Assembly: GCA_964445095.1 (NCBI GenBank)
Contig: CAYUJR010000002.1
Span: 5,176 to 69,175, forward strand
Direction: 5' to 3'
DNA from: an uncultured Gammaproteobacteria bacterium
GTDB taxonomy: Bacteria > Patescibacteriota > Microgenomatia > Levybacterales > JACOYD01
Length of the DNA: 64,000 nucleotides
Shown: positions 37,277 through 47,146 of the stretch, one piece after another
How the letters are laid out: every line of letters begins with the position of its first letter
Numbering within the stretch: position 1 is the first letter of the stretch
Program-made: the position numbers and the translations under genes
Notes under the pieces: model-generated
What the model was told of the DNA's origin: nothing
Database searches by the model: none
What the model saw: only the letters and a program-made list of their open reading frames with translations

Positions 37277-38081
37277 GCAGGAAGAAAGAATTTTTGAAAT
37301 AGATATAAATTTACTGGAAACAAATCCTCATCAGCCGCGGGGAATTATTATTCCGGAGTCTTTAACGGAATTAGTAGATTCTATTAGAGAACAGGGGATA
37401 CTTGAGCCATTGGTGGTAGCTAAGACCCCAGCCGGCTATCAAATAATTGCCGGTGAACGGCGATGGCGGGCGGCTAGAATTGTGGGGCTCAAAAACGTGC
37501 CGGTAGTTATTAAAGAGACTTCACCGCAAGGGATGCTTGAGATGTCCATCGTAGAGAATATTCAAAGAGAAGATTTAAACCCAATAGAAAGAGCGCAAGC
37601 TTACAGAAAATTGATTGACGATTTTGGTATTACGGTAGGAGAAATAGCCACTAAAATCGGTAAAAGTGTCCCTTACGTTTCTAATACTCTAAGACTTTTG
37701 GCACTTCCTGATGCCATTAAAGATTCTCTAGCGGCAAATGTGGTAGTTGAAGGACAAGTTAGACCGCTTCTGGCACTGGGAGATCAAAAATTAATGATAG
37801 AGGCCTTTAAAATGTTGCTGCGTCGGGGAGGAACTGTGCGTATGGCTGAAGAATTAGCCAGAAAATTAAAGGATCAAATTGTAAAAACTAAGCTTACTCC
37901 TGCCTTGGGACTTTTGGGGCAAGAGCTAGAGGTATTGGAAGAAGATTTACGAAAGAAGCTAGAAGCCGATGTGAGGGTTGATCAAACCAAAAATCGTGCC
38001 CGCTTTATAATTGTTTTCCGAGGAACACCCGAAGAAACTACACAAAAAGTTAAAAAGTTTTCTCAGCTCCTACAATCTTAA
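37269..38081 (+). CDS. parB: ParB/Spo0J-family partition protein (orphan; no parA adjacent)
   Basis: [10 protein letters not shown]...[13 protein letters not shown] ParB box and an HTH. Its start overlaps the rpmA stop. Confidence 0.85.
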   Translation: MDKQEERIFEIDINLLETNPHQPRGIIIPESLTELVDSIREQGILEPLVVAKTPAGYQIIAGERRWRAARIVGLKNVPVVIKETSPQGMLEMSIVENIQREDLNPIERAQAYRKLIDDFGITVGEIATKIGKSVPYVSNTLRLLALPDAIKDSLAANVVVEGQVRPLLALGDQKLMIEAFKMLLRRGGTVRMAEELARKLKDQIVKTKLTPALGLLGQELEVLEEDLRKKLEADVRVDQTKNRARFIIVFRGTPEETTQKVKKFSQLLQS

Positions 38082-38610
38082 AAGAACTCAAGGGCCAATA
38101 GACGATAAATGATCGGCCAATTATTTGCTCCCTTTTAACAAAACCCCATTCGCGAGAATCAGAACTATTGGTTCTGTTGTCTCCCAAGACAAAATATGAA
38201 CCTGCGGGAACTGTATATTCTACCCCCTCTTTAATAGTTGAACCAGAATATGTTTTGATATCTGCCGGAAGGTATTGTTCAATGAGCAGCTGGCCATTGA
38301 TAAAAACCCGGCCTTTTTCAATTTTTACTTGATCGGCGGATTTAGCAATAATTCGTTTAATGTAGTCACGTTCTAGATTATTGGGAGCTTTAAAAACAAT
38401 GACTTCCCCTACTTGAGGAGGACGAAGTCTATAGGAAATTTTGTCGGTTAAAATATATTCTTTATTATGGAAGTTGGGAAACATGGAGTCGCCTACTACC
38501 TGATGTGGTTGGGCAAAAAGCCAATAGATGAGAGCAAAAATTGCCGCGGCCGTAACGATGGTTTGCAGGCTGTCTGCTAAAAAAGAACCAATTCTACGGG
38601 TCAGCGGCAT
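38050..38610 (-). CDS. lepB: Signal peptidase I (S26)
   Basis: GDSMFPNF catalytic Ser box, K in ...YIKRIIA, and GDNRTNSSDSR box. Confidence 0.9.
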   Translation of the reverse strand: MPLTRRIGSFLADSLQTIVTAAAIFALIYWLFAQPHQVVGDSMFPNFHNKEYILTDKISYRLRPPQVGEVIVFKAPNNLERDYIKRIIAKSADQVKIEKGRVFINGQLLIEQYLPADIKTYSGSTIKEGVEYTVPAGSYFVLGDNRTNSSDSREWGFVKREQIIGRSFIVYWPLSSFKIVGAEKTF

Positions 38611-38617
38611 ATTAAAA

Positions 38618-39775
38618 TTATTGTTTCAGATTGACTGGTCGTGTGTCAAGGACAAAACCGCTACGAAGAATATCTGAACCATATTTTCTTTTTAGCATCA
38701 GAATAGTTTTTACTCGCGGTATTAAATTATTTTCTTTTTTGAGTTTTGATGTCCTGACGCCTAGCAGGCGAACTTTAGTTTTTTTATCCCAGGCTGTATT
38801 AAATAATTCTACTGCCTGATGATACAGTTCGCTAGGATTTTTGGGAAAATCAGAGATTGTTTTACTTTTTTGTTTATCGGTAAAGTTGGGATAGCGAAGT
38901 GATATCCCCACGCATCCGGCGGTTAAATTTTTATCCAGTAATTCATAAAATACTTCGTCACATAATTGAAAAAGAATAGAGTTGATATGGCTGGCGTTAT
39001 TAGTATTTTTTGCTAAGGTAGTTGAGCGGCCGATGCTTTTTATTTCTGCTCTTTCTCCAAACCAGATATTGTCAATTCCGCAAGCCGCCAGGTACAGATT
39101 ATATCCAAATTTACCCAAAAGATTTGTTAGTTTAATCTCATTCTTTACCAAATCGGCGATTATTTTAATGCCGTTATTCCCTAGAACTATTTGTGTTTTG
39201 GGACCAACTCCGGGTAAATACTCAACAGGTAGAGGATGGACAATTCTTTTAATATCTTCTTTGCCAATAGTAAATAATCCATTTGGTTTACCTAGGTTAC
39301 AGGCAATTTTAGCCAGTATTCTAGAAATAGATAACCCTATAGAAACCGGTAGACTGACCTGGTTTTGAACTTGGCGGCGTATTTTCTCACACAGTATTTT
39401 TGTATCGGGGTATAATTCTTGGCATCCAGTAAAGTCCAGGAAACCTTCGTCTAAGCCGGTTTGTTCAAGCTTAGGAGTAAACCTTTTTATAATTGTTAAA
39501 ACCATCGCCGAATGAGCTTGGTAGGCAGAAAAATTTCCCCCCACGTAAATCCCTTGTGGACATAAAATTCTCGCTTGGTAGACAGGCATTCCAGATTTAA
39601 CTCCGTAGCTTCGGGCTTCATAAGAAGCAGTTGAAACAACGCCGCGGTTAACATTTTGACCTTGAGGATCAACTCCACAGACAATAACTGGTTTACCGCG
39701 CAGTCTGGGGTTTAGTTTTTGTTCAACCGAAGCAAAAAAGGCATCTAAATCAAAATGAGCAATGGGCAGAAACAT
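38618..39775 (-). CDS. dinB: DNA polymerase IV (Y-family) DinB
   Basis: IAHFDLDAFFASVE catalytic start with SYEARSYGVKSGMP. 385 aa. Confidence 0.9.
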   Translation of the reverse strand: MFLPIAHFDLDAFFASVEQKLNPRLRGKPVIVCGVDPQGQNVNRGVVSTASYEARSYGVKSGMPVYQARILCPQGIYVGGNFSAYQAHSAMVLTIIKRFTPKLEQTGLDEGFLDFTGCQELYPDTKILCEKIRRQVQNQVSLPVSIGLSISRILAKIACNLGKPNGLFTIGKEDIKRIVHPLPVEYLPGVGPKTQIVLGNNGIKIIADLVKNEIKLTNLLGKFGYNLYLAACGIDNIWFGERAEIKSIGRSTTLAKNTNNASHINSILFQLCDEVFYELLDKNLTAGCVGISLRYPNFTDKQKSKTISDFPKNPSELYHQAVELFNTAWDKKTKVRLLGVRTSKLKKENNLIPRVKTILMLKRKYGSDILRSGFVLDTRPVNLKQ

Positions 39776-39864
39776 AGTAAGTTTATATTTCCATAAAAAA
39801 TCCGAAAAGTCAATCGGTAAATTGAGGTTACCTGGCTATTTATGTTAAAATACTAAAAAAAGAT

Positions 39865-39936
39865 GGACTCGTAGCTCAGCGGTAGAGCGCTGCATTCACA
39901 TTGCAGATGCCAGAGGTTCAAATCCTCTCGAGTCCA
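39865..39936 (+). tRNA. tRNA-Val (anticodon CAC)
   Basis: Acceptor stem GGACTCG/CGAGTCC with discriminator A. D-arm GCTC-AGCGGTA-GAGC. Anticodon stem-loop CTGCA-TTCACAT-TGCAG. T-arm AGAGG-TTCAAAT-CCTCT. 72 nt; CCA not encoded. Confidence 0.85.
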
Positions 39937-39946
39937 CCCGCGCTTT

Positions 39947-40936
39947 ATGAAGATTGTTTTTCTCTGCCGCTTTTCTGCTTATAGAGTTGGTGGTGTGGAA
40001 ACGCATGTAAAAAAAGTTGCCGCCGGGTTAGAAAATAAGGGCCATACAGTTAATATTATCAGTAACATCAAATATCCGAAGATAAAATTTTTAGGGTTAC
40101 TGGTCATTTGGTGGCAGTTATTAAAAACATTTAAAGTTATTAAAACGGCTGATGTCGTTCATGTTCATGACGTTTTTATCTGGTATCTGCCGCTTCGTTT
40201 TCTATTCCTCAAAAAGCCTGTTTTTATTACTTTCCATGGCTATGAGACCAAATTTCCTCCTTCAAGATGGTCAATATTAATTAGAAAAATTAGCGAGAAA
40301 TTATCTTGGGGAAATATTTGCGTTGGTGATTATATTAAAAAATGGTATGGGACAAAGCCGACTTACACCACCTATGGTGGCGTAAGAATACTACCAATAA
40401 ATACCAATACTACAAATACTACCAATAAAAATAATAAACTCAAAATTTTATTTATTGGAAGATTAGAGAAGGATACGGGAGTTAATATTTATTTACAAGT
40501 CTTAAAGATTCTTAAGAAGAAAAGAATTAGGTTTGAGTTTGAAGCCTGTGGAGATGGACAGTTGCGGAGTGAGGTAGAAAAAATTGGCCAAGTCCATGGT
40601 TTTGTCAAAGATATATCTTTCTATTTAGCGAGGTCGGACCTGGTTTTTAGCTCGTCTTATCTTTCTATTTTAGAAGCAATGGTGAATAAAAAGCTGGTCT
40701 TTGCAGTTTTTAATAATCCGCTTAAAGAAGATTATCTCAAAATGACTTCTTTTGCTCAATGGATAATTATTGAAAATTCGTCGATTAAGTTGGTCAAAAA
40801 AATGCAATACTACTTAAGTCATAAAATTACCCGAGAAAAATTAACAAACAGGGCTTATCAGTGGGTCAAAAGTCAAACATGGGAGGAGGTCGTAAAAGTT
40901 TATGAAAGTTTCCATAGTGGTTACGGTCTTAAATGA
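39947..40936 (+). CDS. GT-B glycosyltransferase, family 4/group 1
   Basis: GT4-type N-terminus (RVGGVETHV) and a C-terminal EX7E-like region. Contains an Asn/Thr-rich low-complexity insert from short tandem repeats at 40387-40435. Confidence 0.7.
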   Translation: MKIVFLCRFSAYRVGGVETHVKKVAAGLENKGHTVNIISNIKYPKIKFLGLLVIWWQLLKTFKVIKTADVVHVHDVFIWYLPLRFLFLKKPVFITFHGYETKFPPSRWSILIRKISEKLSWGNICVGDYIKKWYGTKPTYTTYGGVRILPINTNTTNTTNKNNKLKILFIGRLEKDTGVNIYLQVLKILKKKRIRFEFEACGDGQLRSEVEKIGQVHGFVKDISFYLARSDLVFSSSYLSILEAMVNKKLVFAVFNNPLKEDYLKMTSFAQWIIIENSSIKLVKKMQYYLSHKITREKLTNRAYQWVKSQTWEEVVKVYESFHSGYGLK

Positions 40937-41834
40937 AGAAGAGACAATAGGTGAGCTATTATCGTCAATACTTCAACAATCTGCGTTGCCAGATGAGGTG
41001 ATTGTTGTTGATGGAGGTTCAACTGACCTGACGGTCAGTAATATCAAATATCAAATATCAAATATCAAATATTTCAAAAGCAGATTAAGACCTTTTATTA
41101 AAAAAAGTAATAGGGCAATAGGTAGAAATTACGGGATTTCCAAGGCAAAAAATGAGATTGTCGCTCTCACCGACGCGGGATGCATTCTTGATAAAAATTG
41201 GTTAAAAAATATTACAACTCCATTCGAGAGTACAGAGGTCGATGTCGTTGCCGGATTTTATCAAGGATTACCGAAGAGTATTTTTGAAAAGTGTCTGGTG
41301 CCTTATGCTCTGGTTATGCCCGATAAGGTTAACCCCAAAACATTTCTGCCCGCTTCACGCTCGATGGCGCTGCGACGATCTATTTGGCAAAGGGCTGGTG
41401 GTTTTCCGGAAGAATTTTCAGATAATGAAGATTATGTATTTGCTCATAAATTAAAGAAAATGCATGCCAAAACTGTTTTTCAGAAAAAAGCGGTGGTTTT
41501 TTGGATGCCCAGAAAAAACTTGATAGAAGCTTTTATGATGTTTTTCAAGTTTGCTAAAGGGGATATGGAGGCCCAAATTGTCAGACCAAAGGTAGTATTA
41601 TTATTTCTGCGCTATATAATCGGACTGACTTTGGTTATACTGAGTATAGAAAGAATTTGGTTACCATCATATTTTTTAATACTAGTCACGGTTTATTTAT
41701 TTTGGGCAATTGGGAAAAATTATCGATATGTGGCTGACTGGCGAGCAATTTTTATCTTGCCACTTTTACAGCTAACAGCAGATACATCTGTTTTAACAGG
41801 AAGTATTTATGGGATATACAAAAGAGGCAATTAA
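40902..41834 (+). CDS. GT-A family 2 glycosyltransferase with C-terminal TM segments
   Basis: VSIVVTVLNEE...DEVIVVDGGSTD (GT2 DxD region). Contains an (ATATCAA)4 array at 41041-41075. Confidence 0.75.
   Translation: MKVSIVVTVLNEEETIGELLSSILQQSALPDEVIVVDGGSTDLTVSNIKYQISNIKYFKSRLRPFIKKSNRAIGRNYGISKAKNEIVALTDAGCILDKNWLKNITTPFESTEVDVVAGFYQGLPKSIFEKCLVPYALVMPDKVNPKTFLPASRSMALRRSIWQRAGGFPEEFSDNEDYVFAHKLKKMHAKTVFQKKAVVFWMPRKNLIEAFMMFFKFAKGDMEAQIVRPKVVLLFLRYIIGLTLVILSIERIWLPSYFLILVTVYLFWAIGKNYRYVADWRAIFILPLLQLTADTSVLTGSIYGIYKRGN
41041..41075 (+). repeat. (ATATCAA)x4 plus a degenerate fifth unit, in-frame in a GT2 gene
   Basis: Encodes SNIKYQISNIKYF. Confidence 0.9.
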
Positions 41835-43020
41835 GGGAATTTCCTGGGTGACTGCTTTTAGGGGAGTCTCCAGAGGAATAGCCTTTACGAGAACCATTAT
41901 TTTAGCCCGTCTTCTAACGCCGTCTCAATTTGGACTGGTCGGTATAGCTACCATTATTTTGGGATTAGTCGAGATGTTGACTGAAACAGGAATTAACATT
42001 TTCCTTGTCCAAGAGAAGAAAATCGACAAATTTTTGGATACAGCCTGGATAATATCTATTATTCGCGGTTTTATTATAGCCATTTTAATTGCCGCAACAG
42101 CTCCTTTAGTTGCTAAATTTTTCAATAGTACCGAGAGTTATCAGTTGCTGTTACTCATCAGTCTGGTTCCTATTATTAGAGGTTTTATTAATCCCGCTAT
42201 AGTTAGCTTTCAAAAAGAACTAGCTTTTGATAGGGAGTTTTGGTTTCGTTTATCTATATTTCTAGTTGATTCGCTGACCGCAATTATTCTAACCTTTATC
42301 ACGCGCTCCGCCACCAGTCTTATTTTCGGTTTTATAATAGGTGCTTTAGTAGAAGTCGCGTTATCATTTCTAGTAGTTTTACCAAAACCCGTATTCCGTT
42401 TTAACCTTTCTCATGCGGGAGAAATTTTTCATAAGGGTAAGTGGGTAACAGCTTTCTCGCTTACCAACTACGCCTTTCAAAATGGAGATAGTGCCGTAAT
42501 TGGTAGATTATTAGGCTCTTTTTCTCTTGGTCTTTATCAGGTCGGTTATAAATTAGCCAATATCCCAACGGAAGTGGTAGATAGCATCTCGCGGGTAACC
42601 TTTCCGGTCTATACCAAGATAGCCGGAGACAAAACTAGGCTAAAACGGGCGTTTTTTAGAACCATCGCCGGGGTGGCTATTCTGACTATTCCCTTCGGCA
42701 TTATTCTATTTTTATTTACCAGAGAGCTTGTTTTATTGTCGTTGGGAGAAAAATGGTTAGAAGTGGTGCCGACTCTTAAAATATTGGCTATTTTTGGAGT
42801 GGTGCGGGCAATTTACGCTTGCGCCTCACCTCTTTTTTTATCGGTCAAAAAACAAAAATATGTGACAGTAGTTACTTTGGTTAGTTTCGGGGGATTGATA
42901 ATTTCCATTATTCCTTTAATATCTCGCTTTGGCATTATCGGAGGAGCACTGTCAGCATTAACCGGCGTCACGCTCGCTTTACCCTTGACTATTTATTTTT
43001 GCTGGAGAATTCTTAAATGA
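41809..43020 (+). CDS. Wzx-like polysaccharide flippase (MOP superfamily)
   Basis: 12-TM protein with a Wzx-type N-terminus (RGVSRGIAFTRTIILARLL...FGLVGI). Confidence 0.7.
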   Translation: MGYTKEAIKGISWVTAFRGVSRGIAFTRTIILARLLTPSQFGLVGIATIILGLVEMLTETGINIFLVQEKKIDKFLDTAWIISIIRGFIIAILIAATAPLVAKFFNSTESYQLLLLISLVPIIRGFINPAIVSFQKELAFDREFWFRLSIFLVDSLTAIILTFITRSATSLIFGFIIGALVEVALSFLVVLPKPVFRFNLSHAGEIFHKGKWVTAFSLTNYAFQNGDSAVIGRLLGSFSLGLYQVGYKLANIPTEVVDSISRVTFPVYTKIAGDKTRLKRAFFRTIAGVAILTIPFGIILFLFTRELVLLSLGEKWLEVVPTLKILAIFGVVRAIYACASPLFLSVKKQKYVTVVTLVSFGGLIISIIPLISRFGIIGGALSALTGVTLALPLTIYFCWRILK

Positions 43021-43766
43021 TAAGCGCTGTTATTTTAACAAAAAACGAAGAAAAAAATATTGAAGTTTGCTTGAAGAGTCTGGATTTTTGCGATGAGATA
43101 ATCGTGATTGATGATAATTCTGCAGATAAGACGGTGGAGTTAGCAAAAAAATCAAAAGCAAAAGTATTTGCTAGGACGCTTAATAATGATTTTTCTCGTC
43201 AAAGAAATTTTGGATTAGAAAAAGCCCACGAGGAATGGGTATTATTTATTGACGCCGATGAAAGAGTATCTCCATCGCTTTGCGATGAAATAACCCAATT
43301 AACTAATAACCCAATAACCCAATGTAATGGATTCTATATCAAGAGACGAGATTTTATGTGGGAAAATGAGTTAAAGTATGGTGAGACTGGAGATATAAAA
43401 TTATTACGATTAGCCAGAAAGGAAGGGGGCAAATGGGAGGGGAGAGTTCATGAGAAATGGAAAGTTAAAGGTAAACTGGGTGAGCTGAAAAATCTCCTGC
43501 TTCATTATCCTCATCAAACAATTACGGAATTTTTGCGAGAGATAAATTTCTACACCGATATTCGAGCTCAAGAACTTTACGAAAAAGGGACCAGCGTATA
43601 CTGGTGGTCAATTATTCTTTATCCTAAGGTAAAGTTTTTCCGAAACTTTTTTGTCAAAAAAGGTTTTCTTGACGGACTGCCGGGGCTAATCCTGGCTCTA
43701 ATGATGAGTTTTCATTCATTTTTAGTTAGAGGCAAATTATGGTTAATGCAGCAAAAGAAAAACTAG
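43017..43766 (+). CDS. GT-A family 2 glycosyltransferase
   Basis: ISAVILTKNEE...IIVIDDNSADKT, with DAD in FIDADE. Contains short AATAACCC repeats at 43291-43322. Confidence 0.75.
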   Translation: MISAVILTKNEEKNIEVCLKSLDFCDEIIVIDDNSADKTVELAKKSKAKVFARTLNNDFSRQRNFGLEKAHEEWVLFIDADERVSPSLCDEITQLTNNPITQCNGFYIKRRDFMWENELKYGETGDIKLLRLARKEGGKWEGRVHEKWKVKGKLGELKNLLLHYPHQTITEFLREINFYTDIRAQELYEKGTSVYWWSIILYPKVKFFRNFFVKKGFLDGLPGLILALMMSFHSFLVRGKLWLMQQKKN

Positions 43767-44935
43767 TAATTATTCTTATTTTAACTTTGGCTTTAGGGCA
43801 GTTAGTTAGAATACCAATAGAATATCAAGGTCTGCAAAGTATTTATATTACTCCTTTTGATCTGATAGCCGTAATATTAGTGACGTTATGGATTATGAGT
43901 AAGCCAAATCTAGCGCAGGCAGAATTAGCTCAACCGATAGCGATTTTTGCCGGTCTGGCTTTGTTATCCCTAGTAGTTAACGCTAGGAATCTTTTATCAA
44001 ATGAGCTTATCGCCTCTTCTCTTTATTTTTTTCGTTGGTTAATGCTAACTTCTTTATATTTTATAGTAAAAGATTTTACTCTGCAATTTAAGAAAAGGTT
44101 GTTGGGGTGGCTAGTATTGAGCGGGATGTTAGTGGTTTTGGCGGGAATAATTCAATATTTTTTCTACCCTGATTTGCGAAATCTTTATTATGCCGGGTGG
44201 GATGAACATCTTTATCGTGTTTTTTCCACCTTTCTTGACCCTAATTTCGTCGGGGCATTTTTTGTGCTTAATTTTATTCTCATGTTAGTATTAGCTCTAC
44301 ACACCAGGAGTGTAGCCTGGAAATTTAGAATACTAGTTATTGGGGCAGTTTTAACTTTGGTGGCAATTTTACTAACACATAGCAGAAGTGCTTACGTGAT
44401 GTTTTTTGTTACCAATATAATGCTACTTTTACTTACTAAAAAAAAGATGCTTTTGATATTTATGGCGGTTTTTATTATTGGAATAATTCTTTTGCCAAAA
44501 AATTTACCCGGCGAGGGAGTTAATCTCGCTCGGACCGCCTCGGTTGCGGCTCGACAACAAAGCATGGAGCGGGCAGTAAAAATTTGGCAAGACCATCCGT
44601 TATTTGGCGTAGGATTTAATGCCTATCGATATGCACAAAAACAATACGGTTTTTTACCGGAGGATAATTGGCAGACGCTTCATTCCGCGGCAGGAACAGA
44701 TAATAGTTTTCTTTTTGTGGCTTCAACAACCGGAACAGTGGGTTTATTATCCTTTTTTTATTTATGGTACTGGGTAGTAAGACTTACCTGGCGGCAAAAA
44801 CAGAGGCAAATTTCCCAAGTTGTGCTGGTTTTGGTGGTGGGAATTTTAGTTAACAGTCTTTTTATAAATAGCCTTTTTTTTGAAAGTATACTGGCCTGGA
44901 TATGGATACTGGTGGGGATTAGGGAGAAAAATTGA
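43739..44935 (+). CDS. O-antigen ligase/polymerase-family membrane protein (Wzy_C/WaaL-like)
   Basis: Polytopic. Carries a THSRSAYV loop motif typical of the O-antigen ligase domain. Confidence 0.6.
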   Translation: MVNAAKEKLVIILILTLALGQLVRIPIEYQGLQSIYITPFDLIAVILVTLWIMSKPNLAQAELAQPIAIFAGLALLSLVVNARNLLSNELIASSLYFFRWLMLTSLYFIVKDFTLQFKKRLLGWLVLSGMLVVLAGIIQYFFYPDLRNLYYAGWDEHLYRVFSTFLDPNFVGAFFVLNFILMLVLALHTRSVAWKFRILVIGAVLTLVAILLTHSRSAYVMFFVTNIMLLLLTKKKMLLIFMAVFIIGIILLPKNLPGEGVNLARTASVAARQQSMERAVKIWQDHPLFGVGFNAYRYAQKQYGFLPEDNWQTLHSAAGTDNSFLFVASTTGTVGLLSFFYLWYWVVRLTWRQKQRQISQVVLVLVVGILVNSLFINSLFFESILAWIWILVGIREKN

Positions 44936-45629
44936 CTTTTCTTTCCAAAGACGTTTCGTTGCCGGCCGGGTCAAGAGATTTTATATTAATGATATTTTCC
45001 CCATTAGTCAGTTTAAAGAGATAAGAAAATTTACCCTCGCTATCGACAATTGCCCGAAAGTCATTAACAGTCACGGTTGAGTCGACATCGGTTTTTCCTC
45101 TCACTTCAACCGTATTTTCTCCGCCGGCAAAGGATTGATTTGATGTTGGGTTGGTAACCTCAAGCATGGGCCCAGTATCATCAAAAATGACGGTTTGTTC
45201 CGGCGAAAAATCACTGGTATTATCGTTGTCGCGCGTCCTGGCTTTAATTGAATTCTGTCCGCTGTTAAGCTTAAGACTGGCAATTTCAAATTTACCAACG
45301 TGGTCTGATTTAATTGTATTGACAAGACTATTGCCCACAAAAACTTCTATTTCTTTATCTGTAATTGCTAAACCACTAATTTTGATGGTAGCGGAATTAG
45401 TAGCTATGGGGAGCGGGTCAAGCTGTGGCGGCTGGATAAATGATGGTTTATCAGATTGAGTTTGAATGTTTGACTGTCCAATTTGGGCAAGCAGCGGTAT
45501 ACCAAGTTTAAAAATGGCAATGATAATCAGAATAGTTCCGGCTACAGTCAATATAAAATTTCTTTTACTTTGCTTTTCTACTTTCCGTAGGATTCGCGAG
45601 CGATTGCGCCTCATATTAGCTACTCCCAT
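44919..45629 (-). CDS. Membrane-anchored protein with Ig-like beta-sandwich repeats
   Basis: Signal-anchor (FILTVAGTILIIIAIF) followed by Thr/Asn/Val-rich repeats typical of Big-like domains. Confidence 0.5.
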   Translation of the reverse strand: MGVANMRRNRSRILRKVEKQSKRNFILTVAGTILIIIAIFKLGIPLLAQIGQSNIQTQSDKPSFIQPPQLDPLPIATNSATIKISGLAITDKEIEVFVGNSLVNTIKSDHVGKFEIASLKLNSGQNSIKARTRDNDNTSDFSPEQTVIFDDTGPMLEVTNPTSNQSFAGGENTVEVRGKTDVDSTVTVNDFRAIVDSEGKFSYLFKLTNGENIINIKSLDPAGNETSLERKVNFSP

Positions 45630-47146
45630 TCCATGGTGGCTGGTGGTTTAGTAGTTATATCATACACTACCCGAGAAATTCCCTCAACCTCGCTGGTTAA
45701 GCGTGAGGTAATTTTTTGCAGCAGCTGGTAGGGAACTTTACCCCAGTCTGCCGTCATGCGATCTTTAGAAGTAACTAGGCGGAGTGCTACTACCTCGCCT
45801 AAAAAGCGGCCATCCCCCTTAACGGAAGTACTGTTAACTCCCGTAAGAACGGGAAAAGAATGAAGAAGTTTTTTATACCAACCGGCTTTTTTAACTTCCT
45901 CGACTACAATTTGGTCTGCTTGTTGAGCTAGTAAAAGACGAATAGGCGTAACCTCTCCCATAATGCGAATGGCAAAGCCGGGACCTGGATGTGGTTGTTG
46001 GTTTATTATTTCTGGAGGAATTGCCAATTTTTTGGCCAGCTGTCGGACTTGGTCGGTATACAAAAAGCGGATTGGTTCTAGTAATTTAAGTTTAAGATTT
46101 TTTGGTAGACCCCCTACATTATGATGAGACTTAATATTGACAGCATTTTTTGTTCCTTTACTTTCGATCACATCAGAGTAAATGGTTCCCTGGACTAAAA
46201 AGTCAACGTTTTTGTATCTTTTAATCACCTGCTGAAATAAATCGATGTAAAGCTTGCCAATGCGTTTTCGCTTTTCTTCCGGATCAGCTACTCCTTTCAG
46301 CGTTTTTAAAAAGACATCCTCTTTTTTAAGAATAATAGGTATGAGGTCAAGCTTACTTTGAAAAAAATCTTTTACTCTTTCGGTTGTACCTGTTCGCATT
46401 AGCCCACTGTCGACGTAGACTGGCAGGAGTCGCTTGCCAATAGCTCGAGCCACCAAGGTAGCGGCCACTGTCGAATCCAGTCCGCCTGACACTGCCGCCA
46501 GAGCCCGAGAGCTACCGACGTCTTTTTTAATTTTGTTGATAATACTCTGGAGATCGATAGAGTATTTAGTAGTGGTAACTTGACAAACGTGTTCTAAAAA
46601 ATTTTTTAAAATAAGCAGGCCGTGTTCCGTATGCTCAACTTCGGGATGGAATTGCACTCCATAAATTCGCCGTTGTTCGTTGGCCATGACCGTACCCTGG
46701 ATGCGGTCCGACTGACCAATAAAGCTAAAGCCGGGCGGGGGCAGAACTACCTCATCACCATGGCTCATCCAGATACGGGAGTGAGGGGAAATAGAATCTA
46801 GCAGAGGAGAAGAGAGATTAATTTTTAAGGTGGCTGGTCCATCTTCCCGCACTTTTCCCCGCCTAACTTTTCCTCTCAATAGATGAGCGATTAGTTGCTG
46901 GCCATAGCAAATTCCCAGAATGGGAATACCCAGGGTAAAAATTTTCCTCTCAAGGGTAGGTGCGCCTTTTTCATAGACCGAAGCAGGACCGCCGGATAAA
47001 ATAATTCCCTGGGGTTTTATTTTCTTGATTTGAGTTAAGGCTTGTTCCGGTTCAATAATAGAGACAGTTGCGCCTAGCTCTTTAATTCGGCGGGCGATTA
47101 AGTGGCAGGTTTGGGAACCAAAATCAACAACAACTATCATAGACAA
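45620..47146 (-). CDS. guaA: GMP synthase (glutamine-hydrolysing) GuaA
   Basis: Class I GATase N-domain (ICYGQQL Cys). SGGLDSTV PP-loop. 508 aa. Confidence 0.92.
   Translation of the reverse strand: MSMIVVVDFGSQTCHLIARRIKELGATVSIIEPEQALTQIKKIKPQGIILSGGPASVYEKGAPTLERKIFTLGIPILGICYGQQLIAHLLRGKVRRGKVREDGPATLKINLSSPLLDSISPHSRIWMSHGDEVVLPPPGFSFIGQSDRIQGTVMANEQRRIYGVQFHPEVEHTEHGLLILKNFLEHVCQVTTTKYSIDLQSIINKIKKDVGSSRALAAVSGGLDSTVAATLVARAIGKRLLPVYVDSGLMRTGTTERVKDFFQSKLDLIPIILKKEDVFLKTLKGVADPEEKRKRIGKLYIDLFQQVIKRYKNVDFLVQGTIYSDVIESKGTKNAVNIKSHHNVGGLPKNLKLKLLEPIRFLYTDQVRQLAKKLAIPPEIINQQPHPGPGFAIRIMGEVTPIRLLLAQQADQIVVEEVKKAGWYKKLLHSFPVLTGVNSTSVKGDGRFLGEVVALRLVTSKDRMTADWGKVPYQLLQKITSRLTSEVEGISRVVYDITTKPPATMEWE

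Noticed and set aside
39776-39864. LexA box upstream of dinB
   Set aside because: Only a 4-bp CCGA...TCGG inverted repeat is found. The ACTGACTA/TAGTCAGT half-sites of the lexA operator are absent, so no operator is called here.
45101-45651. ORFs 45101-45340(-), 45151-45459(+), 45466-45651(+)
   Set aside because: All lie within or antisense to the Ig-like membrane protein gene and guaA 3' end. No independent evidence.
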